The notes: generated by a model not told the origin, from the sequence alone. Positions 1-9,538 are shown, counted from the first letter of the stretch. The stretch: 64,000 nt of DNA from Spirochaetia bacterium (GCA_045606105.1 JAZURI010000003.1:64001-128000); one strand, 5' to 3'. Program-made: numbers and translations.

Positions 1-531
1 AAGCTTGCCGCAGAGAACATAAAGAAAGGGCGGCGTACAGGAATCATCACCACCGATTATTTCAAGGCAGGAGCTGCCGAGCAGATAGAGACCCTGGCCA
101 AGATCATGAAGATTCCTTATGTTTCAATCCGTAATTCCGAGGATATGGAAAGACAGATTGACGAATGGAGCAGTGCCATGGATTCCATCCTGGTGGACTC
201 CGTAGGAAAAAGCCCCAGGGATGAAATGCTTTCGTCGGGAGATGTGATGGCAGGCTGCGGACAGGCGGCTCACAGGTTCCTGGTGGTAAGTGCCTCCACA
301 AAAGGGTCCGACCTGGTAAGGATCATGAAGCAGTTCGATATTTTCGGATACGATTCCGTTATATGCACGAAGCTGGACGAGACCTACCATATCGGCAACC
401 TTATTTCCGCACTTGCGGAGGCAGACAGAAGCATAGCCTACATAACTACGGGGCAGAAGATACATGTAAATATAGAGAAGGCCTCAAAGGAAAGGCTTCT
501 CGGTTATCTGGAAGGATTTGCTGCAGTATGA
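1..531 (+). CDS. flhF: Flagellar biosynthesis SRP-type GTPase FlhF, C-terminal part (truncated by the window start)
   Basis: Frame 1 is open from base 1 (KLAAENIKKGRRTGIITTDYFKAGAAEQIETLAKIMKIP...). SRP-GTPase motifs ILVDSVG, TKLDET and YITTGQ; lies directly upstream of sigma-28. Confidence 0.88.
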   Translation, partial: KLAAENIKKGRRTGIITTDYFKAGAAEQIETLAKIMKIPYVSIRNSEDMERQIDEWSSAMDSILVDSVGKSPRDEMLSSGDVMAGCGQAAHRFLVVSASTKGSDLVRIMKQFDIFGYDSVICTKLDETYHIGNLISALAEADRSIAYITTGQKIHVNIEKASKERLLGYLEGFAAV

Positions 532-1340
532 TTGAAGAGGATGTTATGGATAAAGCAGATTTTTTGACTGATGAAGAAAGAATGGAGCAGGAGCTCTGGA
601 AAAAATATAAGGAAACCGAGAATCCGGAACTGGAAAACCAGATAATCAAGAAATATCTTTACCTGGTCAAATATGTGGCAGGTAAGATTCCGCTGAATCC
701 GGGTTCAGGGGTGGAGTTTGAAGATTACTGCGGCTTCGGAGTACTGGGTCTTCTGGATGCAGTCAGGAAATTTGACCTGGGAAAAAATACTAAATTCAAG
801 ACCTATGCCATTATCAAGATCAGGGGAGCCATAATCGATGAAATGAGAAAGCTGGATTTTTTCCCAAGATCGGTTCACCAGACTGCCAAGGCTATCGAGG
901 ACAATATCAGAATTCTGGAGGAGAAGCTGGAAAGAGTTCCGAGTGATGAGGAAATTGCGGAGCACATGAATATTTCTGTCCAGGAATTCAGACGGAAGCT
1001 TCAGAGAGTCAGCTGTACCACCATTATCTCCCTTAATGAGCAGTGGGCTTCCGGTGACAACGACAAGCTATCCCTGCTTGATACCCTTGAATCCCCGGCC
1101 GGTCTTAATCCCGAAACCATAGCAGAACGGAAGGAGATCATCAGGGTGGTTTCCGATGCCATCATGACACTTCCTGAAAAGGAGAGACAGGTACTCTTCC
1201 TGTATTACAAGGAGGAGCTTACTTTGAAGGAAATCGGCAATACCCTTGATGTTACCGAATCGAGAATATCGCAGCTTCATGCCAAGGCTGTACTGACCCT
1301 CAGAACCAGGCTTTCAAATTCAAGAAGGGGAATCTGTTGA
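528..1340 (+). CDS. fliA: RNA polymerase sigma-28 factor FliA/WhiG
   Basis: GLLDAVRKFD, KFKTYAIIKIRGAIIDEMRKLD and region 4 LTLKEIGNTLDVTESRISQLH. ATG at 528 overlaps the flhF stop (ATGA); alternative start at 546. Confidence 0.95.
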   Translation: MIEEDVMDKADFLTDEERMEQELWKKYKETENPELENQIIKKYLYLVKYVAGKIPLNPGSGVEFEDYCGFGVLGLLDAVRKFDLGKNTKFKTYAIIKIRGAIIDEMRKLDFFPRSVHQTAKAIEDNIRILEEKLERVPSDEEIAEHMNISVQEFRRKLQRVSCTTIISLNEQWASGDNDKLSLLDTLESPAGLNPETIAERKEIIRVVSDAIMTLPEKERQVLFLYYKEELTLKEIGNTLDVTESRISQLHAKAVLTLRTRLSNSRRGIC

Positions 1341-1642
1341 TCTGGCTGCTTGTTTCCGTAAACCTGGTGTTTCTCCTGGTGGCTCTTTTTGTCATCCGCC
1401 GATATTTCAGGCGTGTTTCCGGGGAGCTCAATTCCCTTGTGGAGGAGTTCAACAGAAATGCGGAAAGAAATCTGATACTTCTGGAAGACAGGCTGCGCAG
1501 GATAGACAATCCCGACGACCGTACCCTTTACCAGGTCAGGCTTCTTCATAAAGAGGGGCTTTCGGAGGCGGAAATTGCGGAAAAGCTTTCGCTTCCCCTT
1601 TCTCAGGTCTCCTTTATCATAGATTTTTCAGATAAGCTCTGA
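1337..1642 (+). CDS. Small membrane-anchored hypothetical protein with C-terminal HTH-like segment, coupled to fliA
   Basis: N-terminal hydrophobic helix, coiled coil, then EGLSEAEIAEKLSLPLSQVSFII; TTG start overlaps the fliA stop. Confidence 0.7.
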   Translation: MIWLLVSVNLVFLLVALFVIRRYFRRVSGELNSLVEEFNRNAERNLILLEDRLRRIDNPDDRTLYQVRLLHKEGLSEAEIAEKLSLPLSQVSFIIDFSDKL

Positions 1643-3107
1643 CAGCTTTTTCGGCAACAGCCCTTTCATCCCAGGTTATAGATCCATCCTTGTAGATGAT
1701 GGAGGATTCATGTCCCTTGCCAAGAAGAAGTACCGTATCTCCCGGTTCTGCTGTTTCCACCGCCTTTTCTATGGCTTTCACCCTGTCAGGAATCTTATAG
1801 AGCATTTCCTTCGGGAAACTGCTTTCAATGCCGGCTGCAATATCATCAATCACCGCCATACTCTCTTCTCCTCTCGGATCCTCATCCGCCAGGATAATGA
1901 CATCGCAGTATTCAGAAGCTATTTTTCCCTGGATAGCCCTTTTTTCGGTATCCCGTTCCCCGGCCGAGCCGAAAACCGCAATCAGCTTGTTTTCAGTCTG
2001 TTTCTTCATCATCGGGAACAGCTTGGTAAAGGCACCGGGAGTGTGGGCATAATCCACGATAAGGTTGAAATCCTGTCCGCAGTCAACAACCTCCATGCGT
2101 CCCTTCACCGATTTAAGCTTTCCTGAAAGGGCAAATACCTCAGCCGGATTGATACCTGTAATCTTTATCACAGCCAGAGCTGTACCCAGAAAATTCTCCA
2201 CATTGAAAAGCCCCGGAATATTTATCCTGCAGCTGTATCTCTTTCCTTCAAGGACTGCGGTGAAATCTGTACCTGAATTGCTGGCTGCTATATCCTCGGC
2301 ATGGATATGGGCTTCAGGGTCTGAAACAGAGTATGTGTATACCGGCACCTTGGATGCCTCGATGAAGTGCGGTGCAAAGCGGTCATTTTTGTTGACTATG
2401 TTGAAAAGTGTACTTTTTCTGAAAAGATTGGCCTTGTCATCGGCATATTTTTCTATTGTTCCGTGAAATTCCAGATGCTCGTGGGAGATATTGGTCATGA
2501 TTCCTGCCTTGTACTCCACATCGTTGAGCCTCATGGTCCTGTCCGAAAGACCGTGGGAGGTGGATTCCAGGGCAGCATAGATACATCCCTTTCTTGTCAT
2601 TTCATCCAGTATCATCATTATTTCCGAGGATTCCGGAGTGGACTGCCTGTAAGGGTTCTTGATTATGCTTTCTCCGTCCGAATATTCCACGGTTGAAAGG
2701 AAACCGGTCTTCCGTCCCAGGAGATTCAGCATCTGGTAGAGAAAAAAAACCGAGGAGCTCTTGCCGTCCGTTCCCGTAACTCCTATGACACTGAGCCTGG
2801 AGGAGGGATGGTCGTAAAGGGCGGAAGCGAGGGCCGACATGGTTTTTTTCGGATTATCAGTCTGCACATAGGTTACATTTTCCCTGAGGACAGCCGGTAA
2901 TACCGATGTGAATACAGCTGTTGCCCCCTTGTCTGCAGCCGCATCTATGTATCTGTTTCCGTCGGTATGGATTCCCTCGAATGCAAAGAAAGCAAAATTC
3001 CTGCCGCATCTCCTGGAATCGTAGGTCACACCCTCTATATCAATATTCACATTGCCCTTTACTTCTGAAAAGTTGCAATGTTTGAGCAAATCAGATAGTT
3101 TTTTCAT
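1617..3107 (-). CDS. murE: UDP-N-acetylmuramoyl-dipeptide--diamino acid ligase MurE
   Basis: GVTGTDGKSS P-loop, QSTPES, TNISHEHLEFH, GRME, VDYAHTP, GKGHE; start trimmed to MKKLSDLL. Confidence 0.95.
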   Translation of the reverse strand: MKKLSDLLKHCNFSEVKGNVNIDIEGVTYDSRRCGRNFAFFAFEGIHTDGNRYIDAAADKGATAVFTSVLPAVLRENVTYVQTDNPKKTMSALASALYDHPSSRLSVIGVTGTDGKSSSVFFLYQMLNLLGRKTGFLSTVEYSDGESIIKNPYRQSTPESSEIMMILDEMTRKGCIYAALESTSHGLSDRTMRLNDVEYKAGIMTNISHEHLEFHGTIEKYADDKANLFRKSTLFNIVNKNDRFAPHFIEASKVPVYTYSVSDPEAHIHAEDIAASNSGTDFTAVLEGKRYSCRINIPGLFNVENFLGTALAVIKITGINPAEVFALSGKLKSVKGRMEVVDCGQDFNLIVDYAHTPGAFTKLFPMMKKQTENKLIAVFGSAGERDTEKRAIQGKIASEYCDVIILADEDPRGEESMAVIDDIAAGIESSFPKEMLYKIPDRVKAIEKAVETAEPGDTVLLLGKGHESSIIYKDGSITWDERAVAEKAVRAYLKNL

Positions 3108-3159
3108 GTATAATATGTTATCAATAATAGTGGAAATCTGCAAGGTTTCGGAGGAATTT

Positions 3160-3528
3160 ATGTTTACACTGCGGGTGGAGGACTGGTTTGCCGCAGCCCA
3201 TTATCTTGAAAACTATCACGGCAAATGCGAAAACCTTCACGGACATAACTACAAGGTACGGGTTTATGTTTCGGGAACAGAGCTGGGTCCCGGAGGGATG
3301 CTCATCGATTTTGCCCTGCTGAAGAAAATGGTGAAGGAGATACTGGACAAGCTGGATCACCGGAATCTCAACGACCTGCCCTGCTTCAGCGGTACCGAGC
3401 CGAGTGCGGAAAACATCAGCAGGTTCATTTTCAGGGAGCTGAAACCGATGCTTCCTTCCAATGTTGCCCTTTCGGGTGTGGAGATTTTTGAAACCGAAAA
3501 GAACTGCGTGCTTTACAGGGAGGACTGA
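3160..3528 (+). CDS. queD: 6-carboxytetrahydropterin synthase QueD (COG0720, CExxHGH subtype)
   Basis: FAAAHYL, CENLHGHNY, LDHRNLND, PSAENI, ETEK motifs; GGAGG RBS before ATG 3160. Confidence 0.92.
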   Translation: MFTLRVEDWFAAAHYLENYHGKCENLHGHNYKVRVYVSGTELGPGGMLIDFALLKKMVKEILDKLDHRNLNDLPCFSGTEPSAENISRFIFRELKPMLPSNVALSGVEIFETEKNCVLYRED

Positions 3529-4176
3529 ATGAAAATTTTCATTATTTCAGATATACACGGCAATGATGACTTCATGCCGGTGGAAGAGGAGATAGCACAG
3601 GCCGATCTGGTTCTCTGTGCAGGGGATCTTACCCATTTTGATACTGCGGAAAAGGGGATGGCTACAGCCGAAAAGCTTCTTTCCCTCAATCCGTCAACCC
3701 GGTTCGTGTCGGGAAACTGCGATTCCCCGGCCCTGGAGGGAATGCTGGCTGAAAAAGGGGTCTCTCTCCACGGGAAAAGCGTGACCTTTGAGAAAAACGG
3801 GGAAAAACTGGTGATTTCAGGGCTGGGCGGTTCCCTTACCACGCCCATGTCCACACCGAACACCTGGAGCGAGGCAGAGGCTTCCCCTCTTGTCGGAGCC
3901 CTGGATCCCGATACCGACATACTTCTGACCCATCAGCCACCATACGGTTCCAAGGCCGACATAGTCATGAAGATAAAGCATGTGGGAAGCCGGGAGCTTG
4001 AAAGATTCATAAAGGAGAATTCTCCACTGCTTTCGGTCTGCGGTCATATTCATGAATCCTTCGGTGTTTCGGAAATAGGAAAAACCAGGGTTGTCAATCC
4101 AGGTTCCTACAGGGAAGGAAGATATGCTGTTGTCACTGTTTCGGGAAAAGAGATCGTAAGCATCGATCTGAAATAA
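3529..4176 (+). CDS. Calcineurin-like metallophosphoesterase (Icc-like)
   Basis: SDIHG, AGDLT, GNCD, THQPP, CGHIHE motifs. Confidence 0.9.
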   Translation: MKIFIISDIHGNDDFMPVEEEIAQADLVLCAGDLTHFDTAEKGMATAEKLLSLNPSTRFVSGNCDSPALEGMLAEKGVSLHGKSVTFEKNGEKLVISGLGGSLTTPMSTPNTWSEAEASPLVGALDPDTDILLTHQPPYGSKADIVMKIKHVGSRELERFIKENSPLLSVCGHIHESFGVSEIGKTRVVNPGSYREGRYAVVTVSGKEIVSIDLK

Positions 4177-4240
4177 AACAGTTGTTTTTTTGTCACTTTT
4201 TTAATATTCTATTGTTTATAAGTTAGTAAGGAGATAAATC

Positions 4241-5665
4241 ATGGGACTTAAACTGTTCAACACAATGGGACGCTGCGTACAGGATTTTGTACCGATAGAA
4301 GAGGGAAAGGCAGGTTTTTACTGCTGCGGACCCACTGTTTATAACTTTGCCCATATCGGAAACCTTAAGACATACATTTTTGAAGATTTTCTTAAAAGAA
4401 CACTCATGTATCTTGGCTACAAGGTCAAGCATGTAATGAATATCACCGATGTAGGACATCTTACCGACGATGCGGACGAGGGAGAGGACAAGATGGCCAA
4501 AAGTGCCCGCGAAAAGGGGCAGAGCGTCTACGAGATTGCCGAATTCTACACAAAGGCATTCTTCAGCGACATAGACCGTCTCAACATCATCCATCCTACC
4601 ATCAGCTGCAAGGCCACAGAGCATATCAAGGAAATGATCGAGCTGGTTAAGGTCCTGGAGGAAAAGGGCTTTACCTACGAGGCCGGAGGAAACATCTACT
4701 TCTCCATAGACAAATTCCCGGAGTACGGAAAAATGGCTCTTCTGGACAGGCAGAACCTTCAGGCCGGAGCAAGGATCGAGGTGGACGGCAACAAGAGGAA
4801 TCCTTACGATTTTGTTCTCTGGTTCACAAAATCCAAGTTCGAGAATCACGCCATGATCTGGGATTCCCCATGGGGAAAAGGATATCCGGGCTGGCATCTG
4901 GAGTGCAGTGCCATGAGCATGAAATACCTGGGAAAGCATTTCGATATCCACTGCGGTGGTATAGACCACATCAATATCCATCACACCAACGAGATTGCCC
5001 AGTCTGAAGCAGCCACCGGTGAAAAATGGGTAAATTACTGGCTTCACGGAGAATTTCTGGTAATGAACAAGGCAAAGATGTCAAAATCTGCCGGAAATTT
5101 CCTTACAATCGATTCACTGGCGGAAAAGGGATACGATGCACTGGATTACCGCTATTTCTGTCTCGGCGGCCATTACAGGTCCCAGCTCCAGTTCAGCTTT
5201 GAATCGCTGGATGCTGCCAAAAAGGCCAGAAGAAACCTGAATACAAAGGTTGCCGAGCTCAAGGCTGCTGCAAAGCCGGCAGACAAGGGAGCCCTTTCAG
5301 AAGAGGCACTGGCTTATATCAGGACCTTTACGGAGGATATTTCCGACGATCTCAACAGCCCGAGAGCACTTGCCAGGGTATGGACCCTTCTCAAGGACGG
5401 AAAGCTTTCAGACAGTGAGAAGCTTTACCTTCTTCTCGATTTTGACAAGGTGCTGGGACTCAGGCTCAAGGATGCACAGCTTCCTCCTCAGGAGAGCTGC
5501 GAAGAGGAAATCAGCGACGAAATCAAGGATCTGATCAGACAGCGCAACGAGGCAAGAAAGGCAAAGGATTTTGCTGCTGCAGACTTCTGCAGGGATAAAA
5601 TCAGGGAGCTTGGTTACGAAATAAAGGATACTCCTCAGGGAACTATCTGTAAAAAATGTAACTAA
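4241..5665 (+). CDS. cysS: Cysteine--tRNA ligase
   Basis: [25 protein letters not shown]; AAGGAG RBS. Confidence 0.98.
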   Translation: MGLKLFNTMGRCVQDFVPIEEGKAGFYCCGPTVYNFAHIGNLKTYIFEDFLKRTLMYLGYKVKHVMNITDVGHLTDDADEGEDKMAKSAREKGQSVYEIAEFYTKAFFSDIDRLNIIHPTISCKATEHIKEMIELVKVLEEKGFTYEAGGNIYFSIDKFPEYGKMALLDRQNLQAGARIEVDGNKRNPYDFVLWFTKSKFENHAMIWDSPWGKGYPGWHLECSAMSMKYLGKHFDIHCGGIDHINIHHTNEIAQSEAATGEKWVNYWLHGEFLVMNKAKMSKSAGNFLTIDSLAEKGYDALDYRYFCLGGHYRSQLQFSFESLDAAKKARRNLNTKVAELKAAAKPADKGALSEEALAYIRTFTEDISDDLNSPRALARVWTLLKDGKLSDSEKLYLLLDFDKVLGLRLKDAQLPPQESCEEEISDEIKDLIRQRNEARKAKDFAAADFCRDKIRELGYEIKDTPQGTICKKCN

Positions 5666-5688
5666 TTCTGAAACAGGTTGTTTAAGTA

Positions 5689-6216
5689 ATGGAAGATAAG
5701 GCACGAAAGGAATTTTTTGAAAAGGCTTACAGGGAAATCTTTCCCGTTGTAATCAAGGTGTCTTATCATATTACAAAGAATATGGAGGCTGCACAGGATG
5801 TGTGTCAGGAGGCTTTTATAAAGTTTTACCACCGTTCTGTTCCTCTTCCCAATGTGGATGAGGCCAGATACTGGCTTATAAGGGTGGTGAAGAATCTTTC
5901 CCTGAACTATCTGGAACGGGAGAAGCTTAAATCCCGGACCTTTGAAAAGATGGTAAAGAGTGAGCCTGTTTATACCGATGATACGGGTGAGAGAAGCCTT
6001 CTTAAAAAAGAGACGGCGGCCCTGGTGAACGAAGCACTGGAAAAGCTGCCCGAAAAGCTGAAGACCCCTGTTATTCTCAGGGAATTCGGCGGAATGAACT
6101 ATAAAGATATTGCCAAGGTTCTCGGTATCAGCGAGAGCAATGTAAAGATAAGGATTTTCAGGGGTAGGGAGGCTCTTGAAAATCTGTTGAACAGAGGAGA
6201 GGTATATGTGCCCTGA
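5689..6216 (+). CDS. ECF RNA polymerase sigma factor (sigma-E-like)
   Basis: Region 2 AAQDVCQEAFIK...YWLIRVVKN and region 4 MNYKDIAKVLGISESNVKIRIFRGR. Confidence 0.93.
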   Translation: MEDKARKEFFEKAYREIFPVVIKVSYHITKNMEAAQDVCQEAFIKFYHRSVPLPNVDEARYWLIRVVKNLSLNYLEREKLKSRTFEKMVKSEPVYTDDTGERSLLKKETAALVNEALEKLPEKLKTPVILREFGGMNYKDIAKVLGISESNVKIRIFRGREALENLLNRGEVYVP

Positions 6217-6757
6217 GTTGGATATTCTTTCTACATATTACGACAACGAAATCGAAGCTTCCCTTAGAGAAAAGATCAAGAAGCATGTGGATTCCTGCCC
6301 CTCATGTCAGGAAAAGCTTGCCGAATTTGATAAAATATCGGAAATGCTCCATGAAGATGAGCCCGATTTTGACGAAGCCCAGAGCAATGTCTGGGACAGG
6401 ATCATGAACAGTATCGATACCGAAGAGGAAACACCGGAAGCCGTGACCCCTTCTCCTGCCACCTTCTGGCACAGGAAAATACAGCTTTCAGTTCCGGCCG
6501 CCGCTGCCCTGGCAGCTGCCTTCATAGCAGTTTTCTCAATCGGCATGTTCAGCTTCTTTGCCGGCAGGAGCAATGTTCCTACCAACATGAATCCTGAAAT
6601 AAGCATTACCGATGCCTCAGGTTCTGTCATTGATGACAATCTTCTGAACGACAAGGCCATCGAATTCAATATTCCGGTTGCAAACAACTATATCAGGGCC
6701 GGTGAGCCTATGCTCATCAGGGAAGTGGATTTCAGGAACAGGAACGGAAGATACTGA
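6206..6757 (+). CDS. Zinc-binding anti-sigma factor (zf-HC2/ZAS) with one TM helix
   Basis: HVDSCPSC (Hx3Cx2C) near the N-terminus; hydrophobic PAAAALAAAFIAVFSIGMF; overlaps the sigma gene. Confidence 0.9.
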   Translation: MCPELDILSTYYDNEIEASLREKIKKHVDSCPSCQEKLAEFDKISEMLHEDEPDFDEAQSNVWDRIMNSIDTEEETPEAVTPSPATFWHRKIQLSVPAAAALAAAFIAVFSIGMFSFFAGRSNVPTNMNPEISITDASGSVIDDNLLNDKAIEFNIPVANNYIRAGEPMLIREVDFRNRNGRY

Positions 6758-6760
6758 TAT

Positions 6761-7189
6761 ATGAAAAGATTTCTCTGCTGTCTGTTATTTTTAGCTGCCC
6801 CGTTTTATCTTTTTGCCCAGGATTCGGCATACAATGTCTCCATGGAGCTGAAGATCACCGACGGAACAAATCAGCAGACAGTTTCCGATTCCCATGTAAA
6901 CCATGTGACAACTGCCGGAAAACCGGTAACACTCAATATCAACGGCGGAAATTTCAAGGCCGCTGTTATTATTACCCTTTATAATCAGGGCGAAGATTCC
7001 CTGGTTCTTCTTACCCAGAGCAGGGTGGTTTCCACAGACGGTGAGAAAAAGGTCCTGGCAACCGCAAAATCCATTCCGGTGGAGCTTGGGGAAAAGATTC
7101 TCTATTTCCCTCTCGGAATTCTCAGCAAGCCGAATAAAGACGGATACAGCTGTATTCTTGAGCTTCAGGTAACACGGCAGATGCAATGA
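6761..7189 (+). CDS. Exported hypothetical beta-rich protein
   Basis: Signal peptide MKRFLCCLLFLAAPFYLFA|Q; operonic spacing with neighbours. Confidence 0.75.
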   Translation: MKRFLCCLLFLAAPFYLFAQDSAYNVSMELKITDGTNQQTVSDSHVNHVTTAGKPVTLNINGGNFKAAVIITLYNQGEDSLVLLTQSRVVSTDGEKKVLATAKSIPVELGEKILYFPLGILSKPNKDGYSCILELQVTRQMQ

Positions 7190-8820
7190 AACGGTCTGCA
7201 CTCTTTTCCGAAATTACAGCATTCCTGCTTCTTTTTGCCCTTATAGGGGCTTTTCTTTTTATAAGGCAGATTAGGCACGAGGAGCCGGTAATAAAAAGCA
7301 TTACTCCGGAAATCGGCAATCCGGGCGATATCCTGGAGCTTCAGGGAATAAGGTTCGGAGAGTCCCGTTCATCCACAGGTCCCGTAAAGCCGCTGGGCTC
7401 GTCGGTGTTCATAGGCGACAGGAGACTTGTCATTTCCGATTATCTTCTGTGGAGCGATGAAAAAATCAGAATCCGGCTTCCCGATGATATCAGGTCCGGC
7501 TTTGTTATGATTGAAAACAAGAAGGGATTCAGCAATAAGCTTCTCTTTACCAGCCGTCAGGAGATTCCAGTAACCGTGGAGGATACGGTTATCAGGGGAA
7601 CACCCTATATTTCAGGTCTTACGGCCGATTCACCATCCATCGGGGATGAGATTGTCATAGAGGGAAAAGGCTTCGGCTTCGAGCAGGGAACAGGAAAGGT
7701 TTTCTTCTCGCTGATTGTTCCTGAGGAAAAGGTTTCAGGCTTGGGAATCAGGGAATTTACCCCTGAATTTGCCGAATATTCCTATGTGGACTGGAGCGAT
7801 ACCGCCATCAGGCTCCGTATTCCGGACGGCGCGGTTTCGGGAAATATATATGTTCTCACAGACCGGGGAAAAAGCAATTATTTCTATCTGGACATGAATG
7901 AAAACCAGATGGGCAAAAGCTATGTAAGTCCGGCCGGCTACGAGATAACCTACGACATAGAGCTTTTCAATCCGGGGGTGGAGACAGACAATACCCTTTC
8001 CCTCTGGGTTCCCCATTTTATCTCAAGACCTGAGCAGAGAATCATAGAGAGCTCCTCCGGGGAGACACCTGAAATTTCAGGCTACAGGGATACCATGCTC
8101 TACAGGTTTACCGGTGAAAAGATAGGCAGCGGACTTATCCTAGGCAATTCCTCCATTTTTGAGCGCTATGAGACAAAGACCTCTGTCACTCCGTCCAGGG
8201 TGAGAAGAGACTACAGGAAGGATTCCGTTTTCTACAGGAACTATACCAGGGAAGAATTCCTGATTCCTGTGGAAGCACCCGAAATTGCCATAGAACTGAA
8301 AAAAATATCGGTAAACAACAATCCATATACCACATGCCGCAATATCTATAACCATATCTGCCGTATCCTCACCAAGGATGAAAATTGGGGAGAAAACGAT
8401 GTACTGGCATCCCTTGAGAAAAAGAAGGGAGATTCCTATGCCTATTCCATTCTCTTTACCGCAATGGCCAGAAAGGCCGGAATTCCTGCCAGACCTGTAG
8501 CAGGCTTCTATGTTCCGGAGGACCATAAGACAGTACGGCACTTCTGGGCCGAGTTCTTCATACCCGGCATCGGATGGATTCCGGTGGATCCGTTTCTCGG
8601 TGACAGCAAGGATAAATCCGCATATTATTTCGGCAACCAGGATTCCTCCCATATTGTCTTTTCAAAAGGAATCGTGAACCTTCCTATACTGAATCCGGCA
8701 GGGCACCGCATGTTCAGGGATAAGATGTACTATCTCCAGAATGTCTATGCAGAGACTCTGGGACAGGATGAGTATCTGGATGTGGACTGGAAGGATCTGA
8801 AAATCCTCTCCTGGTGGTAA
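7186..8820 (+). CDS. Membrane-anchored IPT/TIG-repeat transglutaminase-like protein (catalytic Cys replaced by Ser)
   Basis: N-terminal TM; two IPT-like repeats (GDILELQGIRFG...WSDEKIRIRLP and GDEIVIEGKGFG...WSDTAIRLRIP); core GDSYAYSILFTAMARKAGIPAR, HFWAEF, GWIPVDP. Confidence 0.85.
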   Translation: MKRSALFSEITAFLLLFALIGAFLFIRQIRHEEPVIKSITPEIGNPGDILELQGIRFGESRSSTGPVKPLGSSVFIGDRRLVISDYLLWSDEKIRIRLPDDIRSGFVMIENKKGFSNKLLFTSRQEIPVTVEDTVIRGTPYISGLTADSPSIGDEIVIEGKGFGFEQGTGKVFFSLIVPEEKVSGLGIREFTPEFAEYSYVDWSDTAIRLRIPDGAVSGNIYVLTDRGKSNYFYLDMNENQMGKSYVSPAGYEITYDIELFNPGVETDNTLSLWVPHFISRPEQRIIESSSGETPEISGYRDTMLYRFTGEKIGSGLILGNSSIFERYETKTSVTPSRVRRDYRKDSVFYRNYTREEFLIPVEAPEIAIELKKISVNNNPYTTCRNIYNHICRILTKDENWGENDVLASLEKKKGDSYAYSILFTAMARKAGIPARPVAGFYVPEDHKTVRHFWAEFFIPGIGWIPVDPFLGDSKDKSAYYFGNQDSSHIVFSKGIVNLPILNPAGHRMFRDKMYYLQNVYAETLGQDEYLDVDWKDLKILSWW

Positions 8821-9462
8821 TTAATAAAGAATCCTGAAAAAAGTGTTTCCAATGGCAGAAATCGTTGTATTTCCCCCTGCCTTGCGGTATTTTATCAGCT
8901 GCTGGAAATTTTCCTGGGTCTGGATAGGGGCAAAAAGCTCTCCTCTCTCCTTAAGCTGATCTGTAAAGAGATTTGTAAGGGTTGTTATTCCCCCCTGTAT
9001 GAAGATTATGTCAAAAGGTCCCTTGTCGGAAAAATAACCGTAGTTGCTGCCGTAGTAGGCGGTGATGTTATCAAGTCCCTTTTCGGAGAAGATTGCTGTA
9101 TAGGTTTCTGAATTCCGTCCTGTTTCTATAAGGTAGATTTCCGGAAACAGCTTTGCAAAAACCGATGCGCAGTAACCGCCGTTGTTGGCAATTATCAGTA
9201 CCCTGGCGTTTTCATAGGTCGATATGTTCCTGAGAACCAGGTTGAGGTCGGAATCGGATGGAATCCTGCCGTCATCCGCAAGAGGTACGGAGGAATCGTC
9301 GTAGACATAGCTTTTCAGTTCGTCGGGAATGAAGTCCCCTCTGTCTGTGCTGCGGAGAATCTCCTCATACTGGGGAGCCTTGTTCTGGGCAGCCGGCTGA
9401 AACACGGCAATCATCATTAATATAAACAGGAAAACCAATCTCATTGCCGGAATGATACTCAC
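8821..9462 (-). CDS. Protein-L-isoaspartate O-methyltransferase-like protein with signal peptide and degenerate SAM motif
   Basis: R..FIP....YVYDD..VP, RVLIIANNGGYCASVFA, GPFDIIFI and QLKERGELFAP resemble Pcm; N-terminal hydrophobic leader (alternative start 9444). Confidence 0.7.
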   Translation of the reverse strand: MSIIPAMRLVFLFILMMIAVFQPAAQNKAPQYEEILRSTDRGDFIPDELKSYVYDDSSVPLADDGRIPSDSDLNLVLRNISTYENARVLIIANNGGYCASVFAKLFPEIYLIETGRNSETYTAIFSEKGLDNITAYYGSNYGYFSDKGPFDIIFIQGGITTLTNLFTDQLKERGELFAPIQTQENFQQLIKYRKAGGNTTISAIGNTFFRILY

Positions 9463-9508
9463 TTTTTTTCAAAAAATAAATAGAAATAAGAAAAAAACAA
9501 AAAAAATG

Positions 9509-9538
9509 TTGACTTATGCAAAAAGAGGGTGTTATCCT
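9509..9538 (+). promoter_or_regulatory. Sigma-70 promoter for the HU gene
   Basis: TTGACT-18 nt-TATCCT with TG extension and an A-tract upstream. Confidence 0.55.

Noticed and set aside
363-527. N-terminal extension of the FliA ORF
   Set aside because: Overlaps flhF in another frame; the sigma-28-like sequence starts at 528 or 546.
4223-5047. 274-aa antisense ORF over cysS (similar ones at 13626-14642, 16302-17021, 18044-19036, 21545-22390, 32819-33865 and 39341-40435)
   Set aside because: Shadow frames of well-supported genes on the other strand, with no recognisable motifs.
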